64,000 bases of DNA from Candidatus Daviesbacteria bacterium (GTDB lineage Bacteria; Patescibacteriota; Microgenomatia; Daviesbacterales; UBA10151): contig JACPKP010000011.1 in assembly GCA_016186955.1 (NCBI GenBank), forward strand, positions 12,477 to 76,476. Direction: 5' to 3'. Under the pieces are notes generated by a model, which made no database searches, had not been told where the DNA came from, and saw only the letters and a program-made list of their open reading frames with translations. The translations under genes and the position numbers were made by a program. The number at the start of each line of letters is the position of its first letter. The first letter of the stretch is position 1. Below are positions 56,026 to 64,000 of this stretch, one piece after another.

Positions 56026-57969
56026 ATGGCTGTCCCAAATGAGCAAAACTTAAACCCCGAGCATATCAGCCTCTATAAGGAAGCCCGGAATTTTATATTT
56101 GATTACACCACCCATAACTACAGTTATCAAAAAAGTTTAATTGACCGCCTGATTAAACCCGGAGAAATTTATGTACTCTACCCTATTAAAACTATTGTCT
56201 ATTACCTGGTTAAATTATCCCCTCCGCCTAACCTGCTTTTTGGCGCTAAACCTCCTTTTTCCTATGAAAAGATCCATCCTTTTTTAAGGTATTTTGGGAG
56301 TAAAGATGTATACAACAGGTTAAATGATATTGCCGCCGGTAAATTTAAAGCCTTGCCGGATAAGGAAGAGGTGGAGATAGCAAGTTTTAATAAGCTTCCG
56401 GAGGACCAGAAAGATAAAAAAATAAACCGGGAGATTTCCAAAAAGACAGGAGGTAAAATTTTTGGCTTTGTATCAATTCCTACATTAAAACCACCGCAAC
56501 AATACCCCAAGGTAAATATAAAACCGTTAGCCGTACCCTCTTTTATAAAAAACCTGGGGGTCTGGTCACTTATAAAAGTAAGTAATTTAATAAACAGGCA
56601 CCCTAAAATATCAGTCCCTTTGTCTGTTGGTATGATAGTGGGTTTTATACAATATGTTGTGACAGGCAACCCGGCTGTGGGGTGGATTTCCGGGATACTA
56701 ACTTCTGCCGGGGTTCATATAGCTTCACAATATCTGTCTGCGCCAAGACAGCCCCAGCAGATCGGTGATGAGGATAAACAATACAATAGTGGTGGTTGGA
56801 CTGGTGGTGGGGGTGTGGGTGGGGGCAGTTTCCAGCCGCCATGGCGGTCAAAGACTTCAAGGGCTTTAGGAAGGGGTTTGGGTAAAGCAGGAGCCAGAGC
56901 TGCAGGAGGACTGGCCAAAGCAGCTGTACCGCTTTTGGCAAATCCAATCACCTGGGTGGTAATAGGGATAATATTTTTTATCCTGCTTTTCTTCTTTTTG
57001 ATATTTAATAAAAATACCTCACTGTTTAACCCTGTTGAAGAAGATGCTGTCCCCACAGCTACATCAAGCGCCCAGTTAAAAATCAGTAAAACAGCCCCCG
57101 GAGCTGTCCCAAACGGTTCCCCAATCCCCTATGAAATTACTGTTACATATATAGGTACTGGAACTGCGGATATCACTGTCACGGATAAATTACCCGATAA
57201 CACAGATTTTACCAGTAGTAATCCTGCAGCAACCCCTGATGCCAACAGAATTCTGACATGGAACTTTCCTAAAATCCAGCCAAACCAGCCTCAAAAAGTA
57301 AGTTTTGTGATCCAACCTAATAAAAATGATATTTATGTCCAAAATACCGATTATGGTGCCAAAATAACAGGTGTTACCGGGGGAGGAGGTGGCGAGATAG
57401 CTGCCTGCACCTTCTTCAGGGAAGGAGATACTACTGTAACCGGCGGAGTATCAGGATTAAAATTTAATATACCTGAGTGGCCTGCTTTGATAAATGAAGT
57501 TACTTTAAAAGTCGGTGTCCCTGCTTCTTTCATCGCTGGTTTTCTCAGGGTAGAGTGCCCTGATTGTTTCGCAACTTCAGATCCGAGTTATATCATAAAC
57601 GACTACGATGGGCATTCTTCAGGTGTAGCTTATGGTGCTATGCAATTTACTCCCGGTACTTTTGAAGAGGTTTTTAAAAACCACAAAGACGAACTGAGGG
57701 ATAAATTCGGGAAAACATCATTTACTTTAAATATTGATCCGGGAGACCGAAATAATCCTAATAGTTCGGTGTTTAGAATGTATAGTGTTAAGGATTCTGT
57801 GGTCGCTGCCTCATTTAAAGCCAGAGATGACAGCGGTGGGGTATTTGATGAAGCTGGGGTCAGAAAAGCTGTGAAAGCCTATTATGGCAGCTGTATTTAC
57901 GATCAGGGTGGACAGGAGTGGAATTACTGCAGCGATGTCTGGAATAGTGTTTCCAGCTGCCATCCTTAA
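56026..57969 (+). CDS. Membrane-anchored protein with DUF11-type Ig and lysozyme-like/SLT domains
   Basis: TM segments, L.ISKT...Y.ITV...VTD.LP (DUF11), GGGGG linker, LRVE...AYGAMQFTPGTF. Confidence 0.7.
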   Translation: MAVPNEQNLNPEHISLYKEARNFIFDYTTHNYSYQKSLIDRLIKPGEIYVLYPIKTIVYYLVKLSPPPNLLFGAKPPFSYEKIHPFLRYFGSKDVYNRLNDIAAGKFKALPDKEEVEIASFNKLPEDQKDKKINREISKKTGGKIFGFVSIPTLKPPQQYPKVNIKPLAVPSFIKNLGVWSLIKVSNLINRHPKISVPLSVGMIVGFIQYVVTGNPAVGWISGILTSAGVHIASQYLSAPRQPQQIGDEDKQYNSGGWTGGGGVGGGSFQPPWRSKTSRALGRGLGKAGARAAGGLAKAAVPLLANPITWVVIGIIFFILLFFFLIFNKNTSLFNPVEEDAVPTATSSAQLKISKTAPGAVPNGSPIPYEITVTYIGTGTADITVTDKLPDNTDFTSSNPAATPDANRILTWNFPKIQPNQPQKVSFVIQPNKNDIYVQNTDYGAKITGVTGGGGGEIAACTFFREGDTTVTGGVSGLKFNIPEWPALINEVTLKVGVPASFIAGFLRVECPDCFATSDPSYIINDYDGHSSGVAYGAMQFTPGTFEEVFKNHKDELRDKFGKTSFTLNIDPGDRNNPNSSVFRMYSVKDSVVAASFKARDDSGGVFDEAGVRKAVKAYYGSCIYDQGGQEWNYCSDVWNSVSSCHP

Positions 57970-57986
57970 TCTGATACAATTTAAAA

Positions 57987-58685
57987 ATGAAAAAATATTC
58001 AATTTACATTTTATCTGTTCTTATATCTCTTACTTTGTTATATGGTAAAAATGCCTTAGTTTTTGCCCAAACTGTGGTCAAAGGCCTACCTGTCACTACT
58101 AAAGTGGGCAACCCAACTGAAGGAGCACCTGGAGGAGGTATATTACCTGGACCTACAGGTTTTGTTTACTATTGCCAGGGTAATACTGCCTGGGCGAGTA
58201 CTTGTAGTTTAGGTGTTGCCGGGTGTGGACCAACCTCAATGGCTATGGTACTGAGTAGTTTTGGGGTGGTAAAAACCCCACCAGAAGTTGACCGGGAGTG
58301 GGGGTTTAGGGTATGCGGAGACGTTGGAAGTAGTATGGAAGATGCACTGGGAAGTAGTTGGCTGGCAAATTTAGGTTTTGATAAGGGCCCTAATATCGGA
58401 CAAGGAAGCTTGAATGAAAACCTTGCTAAAATATTTTTAGAACAAGGAAGTTTAATTATTGGATCATCACATGCTTTCCCGTGCGCAAATTGTAAACCTG
58501 GAACTACAACAGTTGACCATATTTTTGTTGTAGATGGGATAGATGTAGCCGCAGGAACTGTTAGTATCAGGGATCCCAACAACTGTAGTTACGCCGACGG
58601 AAACGATGAAAACCCCGCAAAAGTAATCCACAAAATCAACGAATTTACCTGGGCATATGCATATCCAATAAAAAAAGTGAGATAA
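57987..58685 (+). CDS. Exported C39-like (papain-fold) peptidase
   Basis: YYCQG..W, GCGPTSMAMV, HIFVVDG, RDP. Confidence 0.75.
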   Translation: MKKYSIYILSVLISLTLLYGKNALVFAQTVVKGLPVTTKVGNPTEGAPGGGILPGPTGFVYYCQGNTAWASTCSLGVAGCGPTSMAMVLSSFGVVKTPPEVDREWGFRVCGDVGSSMEDALGSSWLANLGFDKGPNIGQGSLNENLAKIFLEQGSLIIGSSHAFPCANCKPGTTTVDHIFVVDGIDVAAGTVSIRDPNNCSYADGNDENPAKVIHKINEFTWAYAYPIKKVR

Positions 58686-58692
58686 TAATTTT

Positions 58693-59103
58693 ATGGAATT
58701 TGTCAAAAAAAATATTTTACTTATAATAGTTTTTGGTTTAATTGTTTTAATAATCATTTCTATAGTTGTATTGGGACTGGGCAAAAAAAAACCTTTACCA
58801 TCCGGCAGTCCAATACCTTCAGCTTCGGCAGTAATCCAAAAACCTGAAACAGGAAAAAAATATCAGATTATTACTGGCGCGGACCAAAAACAAATAGATC
58901 AAGATTCTCTTGTAGGAAATCTGCTGACAAAATTACCATATAAGGGAACTAATTTTTCTTTAGATTATTCTTATAATTCCCTCCAATTTATACTTACTTT
59001 AAATACTCAAAATAAAGATCTCGGCAATAAAGAGTTTGACCAGTTTTTACTTCAAAACCAGATACTAGACAGATCATGGCTTAAATATTTAACAATTAAG
59101 TAA
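58693..59103 (+). CDS. Membrane-anchored hypothetical protein
   Basis: N-terminal TM, P/S linker, KLPY..F..DY. Confidence 0.6.
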   Translation: MEFVKKNILLIIVFGLIVLIIISIVVLGLGKKKPLPSGSPIPSASAVIQKPETGKKYQIITGADQKQIDQDSLVGNLLTKLPYKGTNFSLDYSYNSLQFILTLNTQNKDLGNKEFDQFLLQNQILDRSWLKYLTIK

Positions 59104-59104
59104 T

Positions 59105-59590
59105 ATGAGTCTGAAACAAAAAATTATCGGGATTATTGTGGTTTTAGGGATAGCGTTGATTGCTGTTTTTCAAACTGGGTTGGGTGGAAATTTATCAGGA
59201 AGGATGGATTCCCTCCGCCAGCTGGCGGATCGCGGGAATGACAGTGTGAAGGGTGTGAATAATACCAAAGATCAGGAAATTAAAATAATCTCAACCAACC
59301 CGTCACCACTAGAGGAAACTACAATCCTTCCCATGCAAGCTATTGAAATAACCTTTAACCAGACTCTTGAAAGCGCCCCGGAGTTTAAAACCAGTATGGA
59401 GCCTAAGGCTGATTATAAAACCGAACTATCCGAAGACAGGAAAACCGCAAAAATCATTCCAATTAAACCATACACCCTAGGAGGAGGTTATACACTTCAT
59501 ATTTTAGGCAATACTAAATTTGACGGCAAAAAAGAACTAAACAGGGAAGAAATTTTCCATTTCAAAACCATAAATTACACTGGGGTATAG
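59105..59590 (+). CDS. Membrane-anchored Ig-like (Big_5) protein
   Basis: IISTNP......I.ITFN..L...I.P.......YTL.I...F.T. Confidence 0.65.
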   Translation: MSLKQKIIGIIVVLGIALIAVFQTGLGGNLSGRMDSLRQLADRGNDSVKGVNNTKDQEIKIISTNPSPLEETTILPMQAIEITFNQTLESAPEFKTSMEPKADYKTELSEDRKTAKIIPIKPYTLGGGYTLHILGNTKFDGKKELNREEIFHFKTINYTGV

Positions 59591-59601
59591 TACTTATATT
59601 T

Positions 59602-60735
59602 TTAGCTTAATCTGATTGGCATTATCACATATTCAAGCCCCTCTTCACCGATAGGTTTAACTAAAGCCGGAGACAGGTTGCCTGAAAATTCAATAGAAAC
59701 CTGTAAACAGGCAAGTACTGAAAGTATGTCAATTAAATACTTACTATTAAAAGCAATGGAAATTTCCGAACCTTCAGTATCAGCCTCAAGTTGGGTTTCC
59801 TGGCCACCCACCTCTTTTGCCTCAGAAGATAAAACAATCTTTTTTTCAAAAGCGCTAATTTTTATTATATTAGCTTCCGACCTGGAAAAAACAGCGGCTA
59901 ATTTACATGCTTTTAGTAACTCAACCCTGTCTATAATTGTCCTGTTTTCAAACTTTTGAGGAACAATCTTTTCCCAAACAGGAAACTGACCCTCTATTAG
60001 GCGTGATGAAAGCTGGGTATCACCTATTTTAAAAACCATCTGGTTTTGGTTTTCCGATGTAGAAATCTCTATATTTTCTTCCCCAGATGAATCTTCACTA
60101 ATCAGCCTGGCAACCTCTTCAAATGTCCTTCTGGGAATAAGTACCCTTAAATTATTTTTTTCCTTCAAGTCAACTTTTGTAGTATCGGGATTAATTTTAG
60201 TGTGTTTATGTGCAAGCCTGAAACCATCTGTTGCCACAAATTCTAAACTATCTTTTTTAATCTCAGTTAAAATTCCTGTTAAGACAGGTCTTCCATCATC
60301 TGATGCAGCAGAAAAAGTGATTAAAGGAAGTGTATTTAAAAGGACTGTGCTGTTTACTAAAATAGGCTTATCGGAAGATATAGGTATAACAGGGAATTCA
60401 CTGGCCGGTATGCAATTTAAGGTAGCGTTAAATTTTTGAGTTGATATCTTAAGTTGCTCTGACTTTGATTCAATCTCTAGGGTTTCCCCTGTAAGTGATG
60501 CAATAATATCCAGGAATGTTTTAGCCGGCACTGTCAATTCTCCTTCTTCATAAACTTCCGTATTTACAGTTTTTATAATACCTACCTCTAAATTTGTGGC
60601 TGATAATTTAAGCCTATTATTTTCAGTCCTAATTAAGATATTAGCCAAAACAGGTAAGGTTGACCTGACCCCGACAGACCTTGATACAGCCTGTAATACC
60701 GGCAGTAAATCCTGCTGTAAAATTTTTATTTTCAT
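59602..60735 (-). CDS. dnaN: DNA polymerase III beta clamp
   Basis: TLPVLANI, LSATNLE, RPVLTG, VATDGFRLA, IAFN.KYL, YVIMPIR. Confidence 0.97.
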   Translation of the reverse strand: MKIKILQQDLLPVLQAVSRSVGVRSTLPVLANILIRTENNRLKLSATNLEVGIIKTVNTEVYEEGELTVPAKTFLDIIASLTGETLEIESKSEQLKISTQKFNATLNCIPASEFPVIPISSDKPILVNSTVLLNTLPLITFSAASDDGRPVLTGILTEIKKDSLEFVATDGFRLAHKHTKINPDTTKVDLKEKNNLRVLIPRRTFEEVARLISEDSSGEENIEISTSENQNQMVFKIGDTQLSSRLIEGQFPVWEKIVPQKFENRTIIDRVELLKACKLAAVFSRSEANIIKISAFEKKIVLSSEAKEVGGQETQLEADTEGSEISIAFNSKYLIDILSVLACLQVSIEFSGNLSPALVKPIGEEGLEYVIMPIRLS

Positions 60736-60746
60736 CTTTGTGTTTT

Positions 60747-61205
60747 TTAATCCCTCCTTTTTATTGAAACAAACTTTTGTATTTCATCTTCTGTTACTTT
60801 AATCAACCTGAAATTTACCAACCCTGCTGTAATCAGATTTTTAATATGTTTTTCTTCCTCGGTTAAAATATGGTTTTGGCCGGATTTAACTTCTATAAAA
60901 TCAATCCGCTCATTGTTTTTAATACCTATAAAATCAATAGGCCACCCTAAGGGGATTATTCTATCATAATCATAACGGAGCTCGGCATAAGTCAAAAGTT
61001 CCGCCATCCTACCTTTTTGGGGATTAATTGAACCTTGTATTGTCTGGAGTATTTTAATAGGTAAATGTTCTATTTGTTTGTAAATATCAATAAAATCCTG
61101 GGGGATTTCAGAAGTTTTCCTTGAATGAAGCCTGCCAATAAGATAGGTTATTACCAAAGTAAGAATAATGATAATAAAAAAAATTAAATCTATTTTTATA
61201 GTCAT
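60747..61205 (-). CDS. Membrane-anchored Holliday-junction-resolvase-like PD-(D/E)xK nuclease (COG4741-like)
   Basis: N-terminal TM, G..AE.L, LG.PIDFI, FIEVKSG...LT..E..IK. Confidence 0.65.
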   Translation of the reverse strand: MTIKIDLIFFIIIILTLVITYLIGRLHSRKTSEIPQDFIDIYKQIEHLPIKILQTIQGSINPQKGRMAELLTYAELRYDYDRIIPLGWPIDFIGIKNNERIDFIEVKSGQNHILTEEEKHIKNLITAGLVNFRLIKVTEDEIQKFVSIKRRD

Positions 61206-61390
61206 ATTAATTTATCCACATTTTATTAGGTTAACTTTAAATATTTATTATAGTAACCGTAGTTATAGATATTGTCTATATGTTAAAAACAATCTTATTT
61301 GAGCACTAAATTCGTAATATTTTCGTGTTGAAAACTCTTTTAAAAATGTGGATAAGTCAGTGGATAACTGTGTATTTATATGTTGATAAC
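61206..61390. other. oriC: Replication origin oriC (DnaA-box cluster downstream of dnaA)
   Basis: TTATCCACA 61212-61220, TGTGGATAA 61347-61355, near matches at 61359 and 61381, AT-rich spacer. More boxes at 62741-62759; gene orientation flips across dnaA/rpmH. Confidence 0.85.
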
Positions 61391-62725
61391 TCATGATATT
61401 AAACCCTGCCTTACTTCTAATACCAGCCTTTGTAATTCCCTATCCCTTTGGGATAATTGCCTGATTTTTTCTATTCCATGCAAAATTGTGGTATGGTCCC
61501 TTCCTCCCAGTATCTGGCCTATCCTTTCCATTGGCAGATTGCATTCTTCATACATTAAAAACATCGCTATTTGTCTGGGTATTACCAGCTCTTTTTGCCT
61601 CCTCGGGCCTGTCAAATCAGCCATCCTGATATTAAAATACTGGTTTATTTCCGCTAAAACTTTTTTATGGTCTAAAAACTGGGTGTTGGTATGGGGTTTT
61701 CCCATTAATTTCTTAATATAATCCAACTCAGGTTTATTACCTGTTGTTTTTATCAGCTGAATTATCTGGATCAGTTTTCCTTCCAACTCCCTGGTATTTG
61801 ATTCAACAGTTTCAGCAATTATTTTAATATATTCTTCATCTAAAAATTCCCCCCGCTCCTTAATTTTTGCCTTAAGTATTGCCACCCTGGTATCAAAATC
61901 AGGGAGTTGTATATCTACCATCAACCCGCCTTGAAAACGGGATTGCAGCCTTGGCTCAAGTTTTACAATCTCATTTGGAGGTCTATCAGAGGTGAAGACC
62001 AGCTGGCTATTTTTATTTTGCAATTCGTTAAACAGGTGGAAAAATTCCTGCTGTGTGGAATCCTTACCGGAGATAAATTGGATATCATCTATCAGTAAAA
62101 TATCACAGGAGCGGTATTTTTGACGGAAATCACCGGTTTTTTTTGTCTGTATTGAATCAACAAAATCGTTCATAAATTTTTCTGAAGGGGCGTAAACAAC
62201 TTTATAATATGGTTTTTTAGAAAGAAGGGCATTGCCAATACCCAACATCAGATGAGTTTTACCTACGCCGGATTGGCCGTATATAAAAAGCGGATTATAA
62301 GATACACCGGGATTTTGGACAACTGCCTGGGCTGCTGCAAATGCCAGATTATTGGTAAACCCAACCATAAAATTTTCCAAAGTAAATTTAGGGTTTAGGG
62401 GGTTTTGGATATTGGCAGTTTTAATGTTTCCCAGTGGGAATATACCCTCCTCTTTAATAGGTATTTTTTTAGTAAATTTCGAGGAATTTATTAAATATTC
62501 TACAGACAGATGTTTACCGGTAACCTGTTTTGTTGTACTGCTGATTAAATTATCATAACGGCGTATTAACTCCCCTTTTATAAATGCAGACGGGACAGAA
62601 ATTATAAGTCTTTCATCATTTATTTGATGAAGCGATGTTTGGGAGAACCATGTACTGAAGTTTTGGATGTTTATCTGACCCTTTATTATTTTAAGTATCT
62701 TACCCCACTCCTTATTATTATCCAT
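61391..62725 (-). CDS. dnaA: Chromosomal replication initiator
   Basis: YNPLFIYGQSGVGKTHL, LLIDDIQF, SNTRELEG, PRQIAM, GGRDHTT. Confidence 0.98.
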   Translation of the reverse strand: MDNNKEWGKILKIIKGQINIQNFSTWFSQTSLHQINDERLIISVPSAFIKGELIRRYDNLISSTTKQVTGKHLSVEYLINSSKFTKKIPIKEEGIFPLGNIKTANIQNPLNPKFTLENFMVGFTNNLAFAAAQAVVQNPGVSYNPLFIYGQSGVGKTHLMLGIGNALLSKKPYYKVVYAPSEKFMNDFVDSIQTKKTGDFRQKYRSCDILLIDDIQFISGKDSTQQEFFHLFNELQNKNSQLVFTSDRPPNEIVKLEPRLQSRFQGGLMVDIQLPDFDTRVAILKAKIKERGEFLDEEYIKIIAETVESNTRELEGKLIQIIQLIKTTGNKPELDYIKKLMGKPHTNTQFLDHKKVLAEINQYFNIRMADLTGPRRQKELVIPRQIAMFLMYEECNLPMERIGQILGGRDHTTILHGIEKIRQLSQRDRELQRLVLEVRQGLIS

Positions 62726-62845
62726 AATGGAAAAGATACTAGTGGATAAGTTATACATAAGTAAAGATAGTGAAACTGTTTAAAAATAGATCAGCTTTTA
62801 AATTTAAGTTTTGCAATTTAGATGAAGCGCTGGTATACTAAACAA

Positions 62846-62986
62846 ATGTCCACTAAAAGAACCTATCAGCCCAAAAAAATAAAAAGAGCCAGGAAACATG
62901 GTTTTAGGGCTAGGATGGAAACAAGTGGTGGTAAAAAAGTCCTCAAAAGAAGAAGAATAGAAGGAAGAGTAAGACTGGCTGTTTAA
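62846..62986 (+). CDS. rpmH: 50S ribosomal protein L34
   Basis: Manual translation [46 protein letters not shown]. Confidence 0.95.
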   Translation: MSTKRTYQPKKIKRARKHGFRARMETSGGKKVLKRRRIEGRVRLAV

Positions 62987-62987
62987 A

Positions 62988-63317
62988 ATGCTTCCAAAAT
63001 CCCAAAGACTGAATCTTAAGGAAAAATTTAAATGGGTAACTTCAGGTAAAAGAATAGAAACGCACTCATTTAAACTTTATTTAAAATTAGGAGATAATAG
63101 TAAACCCTTGATAGGAATAGCGGTCCCAAAACATATTATAAAAAAAGCCCACGATAGGAATAAAACAAAAAGGGTAATTTCAGATACGATAAACCAATTT
63201 TATACCAGCTTGCCAAATAACCTAAATTTAGTTATCATTCCCAAAGGGGATATTTTTAAAGAAAATAAGGAACAACTAAAAGATGAGCTCAGCATTACTC
63301 AAAACATTAATCATTAA
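62988..63317 (+). CDS. rnpA: RNase P protein component
   Basis: MLPK.QRL, IGIAV.K...KAHDRNKTKR; canonical position. Confidence 0.88.
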   Translation: MLPKSQRLNLKEKFKWVTSGKRIETHSFKLYLKLGDNSKPLIGIAVPKHIIKKAHDRNKTKRVISDTINQFYTSLPNNLNLVIIPKGDIFKENKEQLKDELSITQNINH

Positions 63318-63498
63318 TATAATTGGTTTTTACCAGAAATACCTTTCATTTGACCGGGGATTATTGATGTTTTTAGCGCCAAGCGGAAGCTGTAAATATT
63401 CCATAACATGCTCTGAATATACAAAGCTGATGATTTTAGAAGAAGGTGTTTTAAAAGGAATTTTTAAAGGATTAAGGAGGATTATTTCATGCAGGTGA
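63283..63498 (+). CDS. yidD: Membrane protein insertion efficiency factor
   Basis: YQKYLS, CKYS.TCSEY, G..KG..RI..C; between rnpA and yidC. Confidence 0.85.
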   Translation: MSSALLKTLIINIIGFYQKYLSFDRGLLMFLAPSGSCKYSITCSEYTKLMILEEGVLKGIFKGLRRIISCR

Positions 63499-64000
63499 TT
63501 GGAGACCTTTTTAATGCACTTTTTCTGGCGCCAATTATAAATCTTCTGGTATTAATATTAAGAATTCTTCAGGCAATAAATATTCCAGGGGCTTTAGGTT
63601 TTGCAATAATTATTTTAACAGTCATTATCCGGGTAATAATCTGGCCTTTTATGGCAACCCAACTTAAATCAGCTAAAAAAATGGCAGATTTAAAACCCCA
63701 CCTTGATGAATTAAAAAAGAAGCACGGTAAGGATAAACAGTCTTTTGTAAAAGCCCAGATGGATTTATATAAAGAACACGGTGTTAATCCTGCCGGGGGT
63801 TGTCTGCCATCAATTATACAAATTCCAATAATTTTGGCGTTATACCAGGTGATACTTTCTTTATTTGATAAATCCGGGTTGGAAAAAATCAACCATTTTC
63901 TTTATACAAACTCCTGGCACATAAACACTCCTCCCGACCCGCAATTTTTTGGTGTTAGCCTGGCTGATAAACCGTCTGATTTTGCCAAGATAGGTGTATT
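63489..64000 (+). CDS. yidC: Membrane protein insertase, 3' end outside window
   Basis: MQVIGDLFN...LGFAIIILTVIIR...WP...LKP.LDELKKKH..DKQ...AQMDLYKEHGVNPAGGCLP. Confidence 0.92.
   Translation, partial: MQVIGDLFNALFLAPIINLLVLILRILQAINIPGALGFAIIILTVIIRVIIWPFMATQLKSAKKMADLKPHLDELKKKHGKDKQSFVKAQMDLYKEHGVNPAGGCLPSIIQIPIILALYQVILSLFDKSGLEKINHFLYTNSWHINTPPDPQFFGVSLADKPSDFAKIGV

Noticed and set aside
41234-59590. ICE or prophage
   Set aside because: No integrase, relaxase, att repeats or virion genes in or around the locus.
63569-63892. 107-aa minus-strand ORF
   Set aside because: Antisense to yidC.

Overview
Chromosomal origin region of a bacterium that is most likely Patescibacteria/CPR (Microgenomates-like). 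That assignment is an inference from gene content, leaderless promoters and repeat families. Core genes present: yidC-yidD-rnpA-rpmH / dnaA-oriC-dnaN, dnaG-rpoD, ssrA/smpB, comF, tlyA and seven tRNAs (Asn, four Ser, two Arg). An ~18 kb T4SS-like locus sits next to the origin, with six VirB2/TrbC-like pilin domains, a VirB6-like protein, PrgI, VirB4 and wall hydrolases. An ~8 kb integrative element lies at tRNA-Asn. It encodes a large serine recombinase whose C-terminus is read from the antisense tRNA, a gpII/X-type Rep, SpoVG, an XRE regulator, an Ltp-like superinfection-exclusion protein and HNH/HEPN cargo. It also encodes an unannotated 54-aa mimic of the recombinase helix E. There are six intact and two decayed type II toxin-antitoxin modules, and a probable arginine-synthetase-like/amidinotransferase pair. 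The most unusual non-coding signals are four: (i) tRNA 3'-end copies whose T-loop is interrupted by a conserved AAYATACC-hairpin-AG insert; (ii) structured leaders that begin with a copy of the tRNA 5' end; (iii) self-nesting palindromes, some inserted in frame in genes; (iv) pervasive 7-bp-period repeats. No CRISPR array or rRNA was seen. All family calls come from reading motifs by eye; no searches were run.
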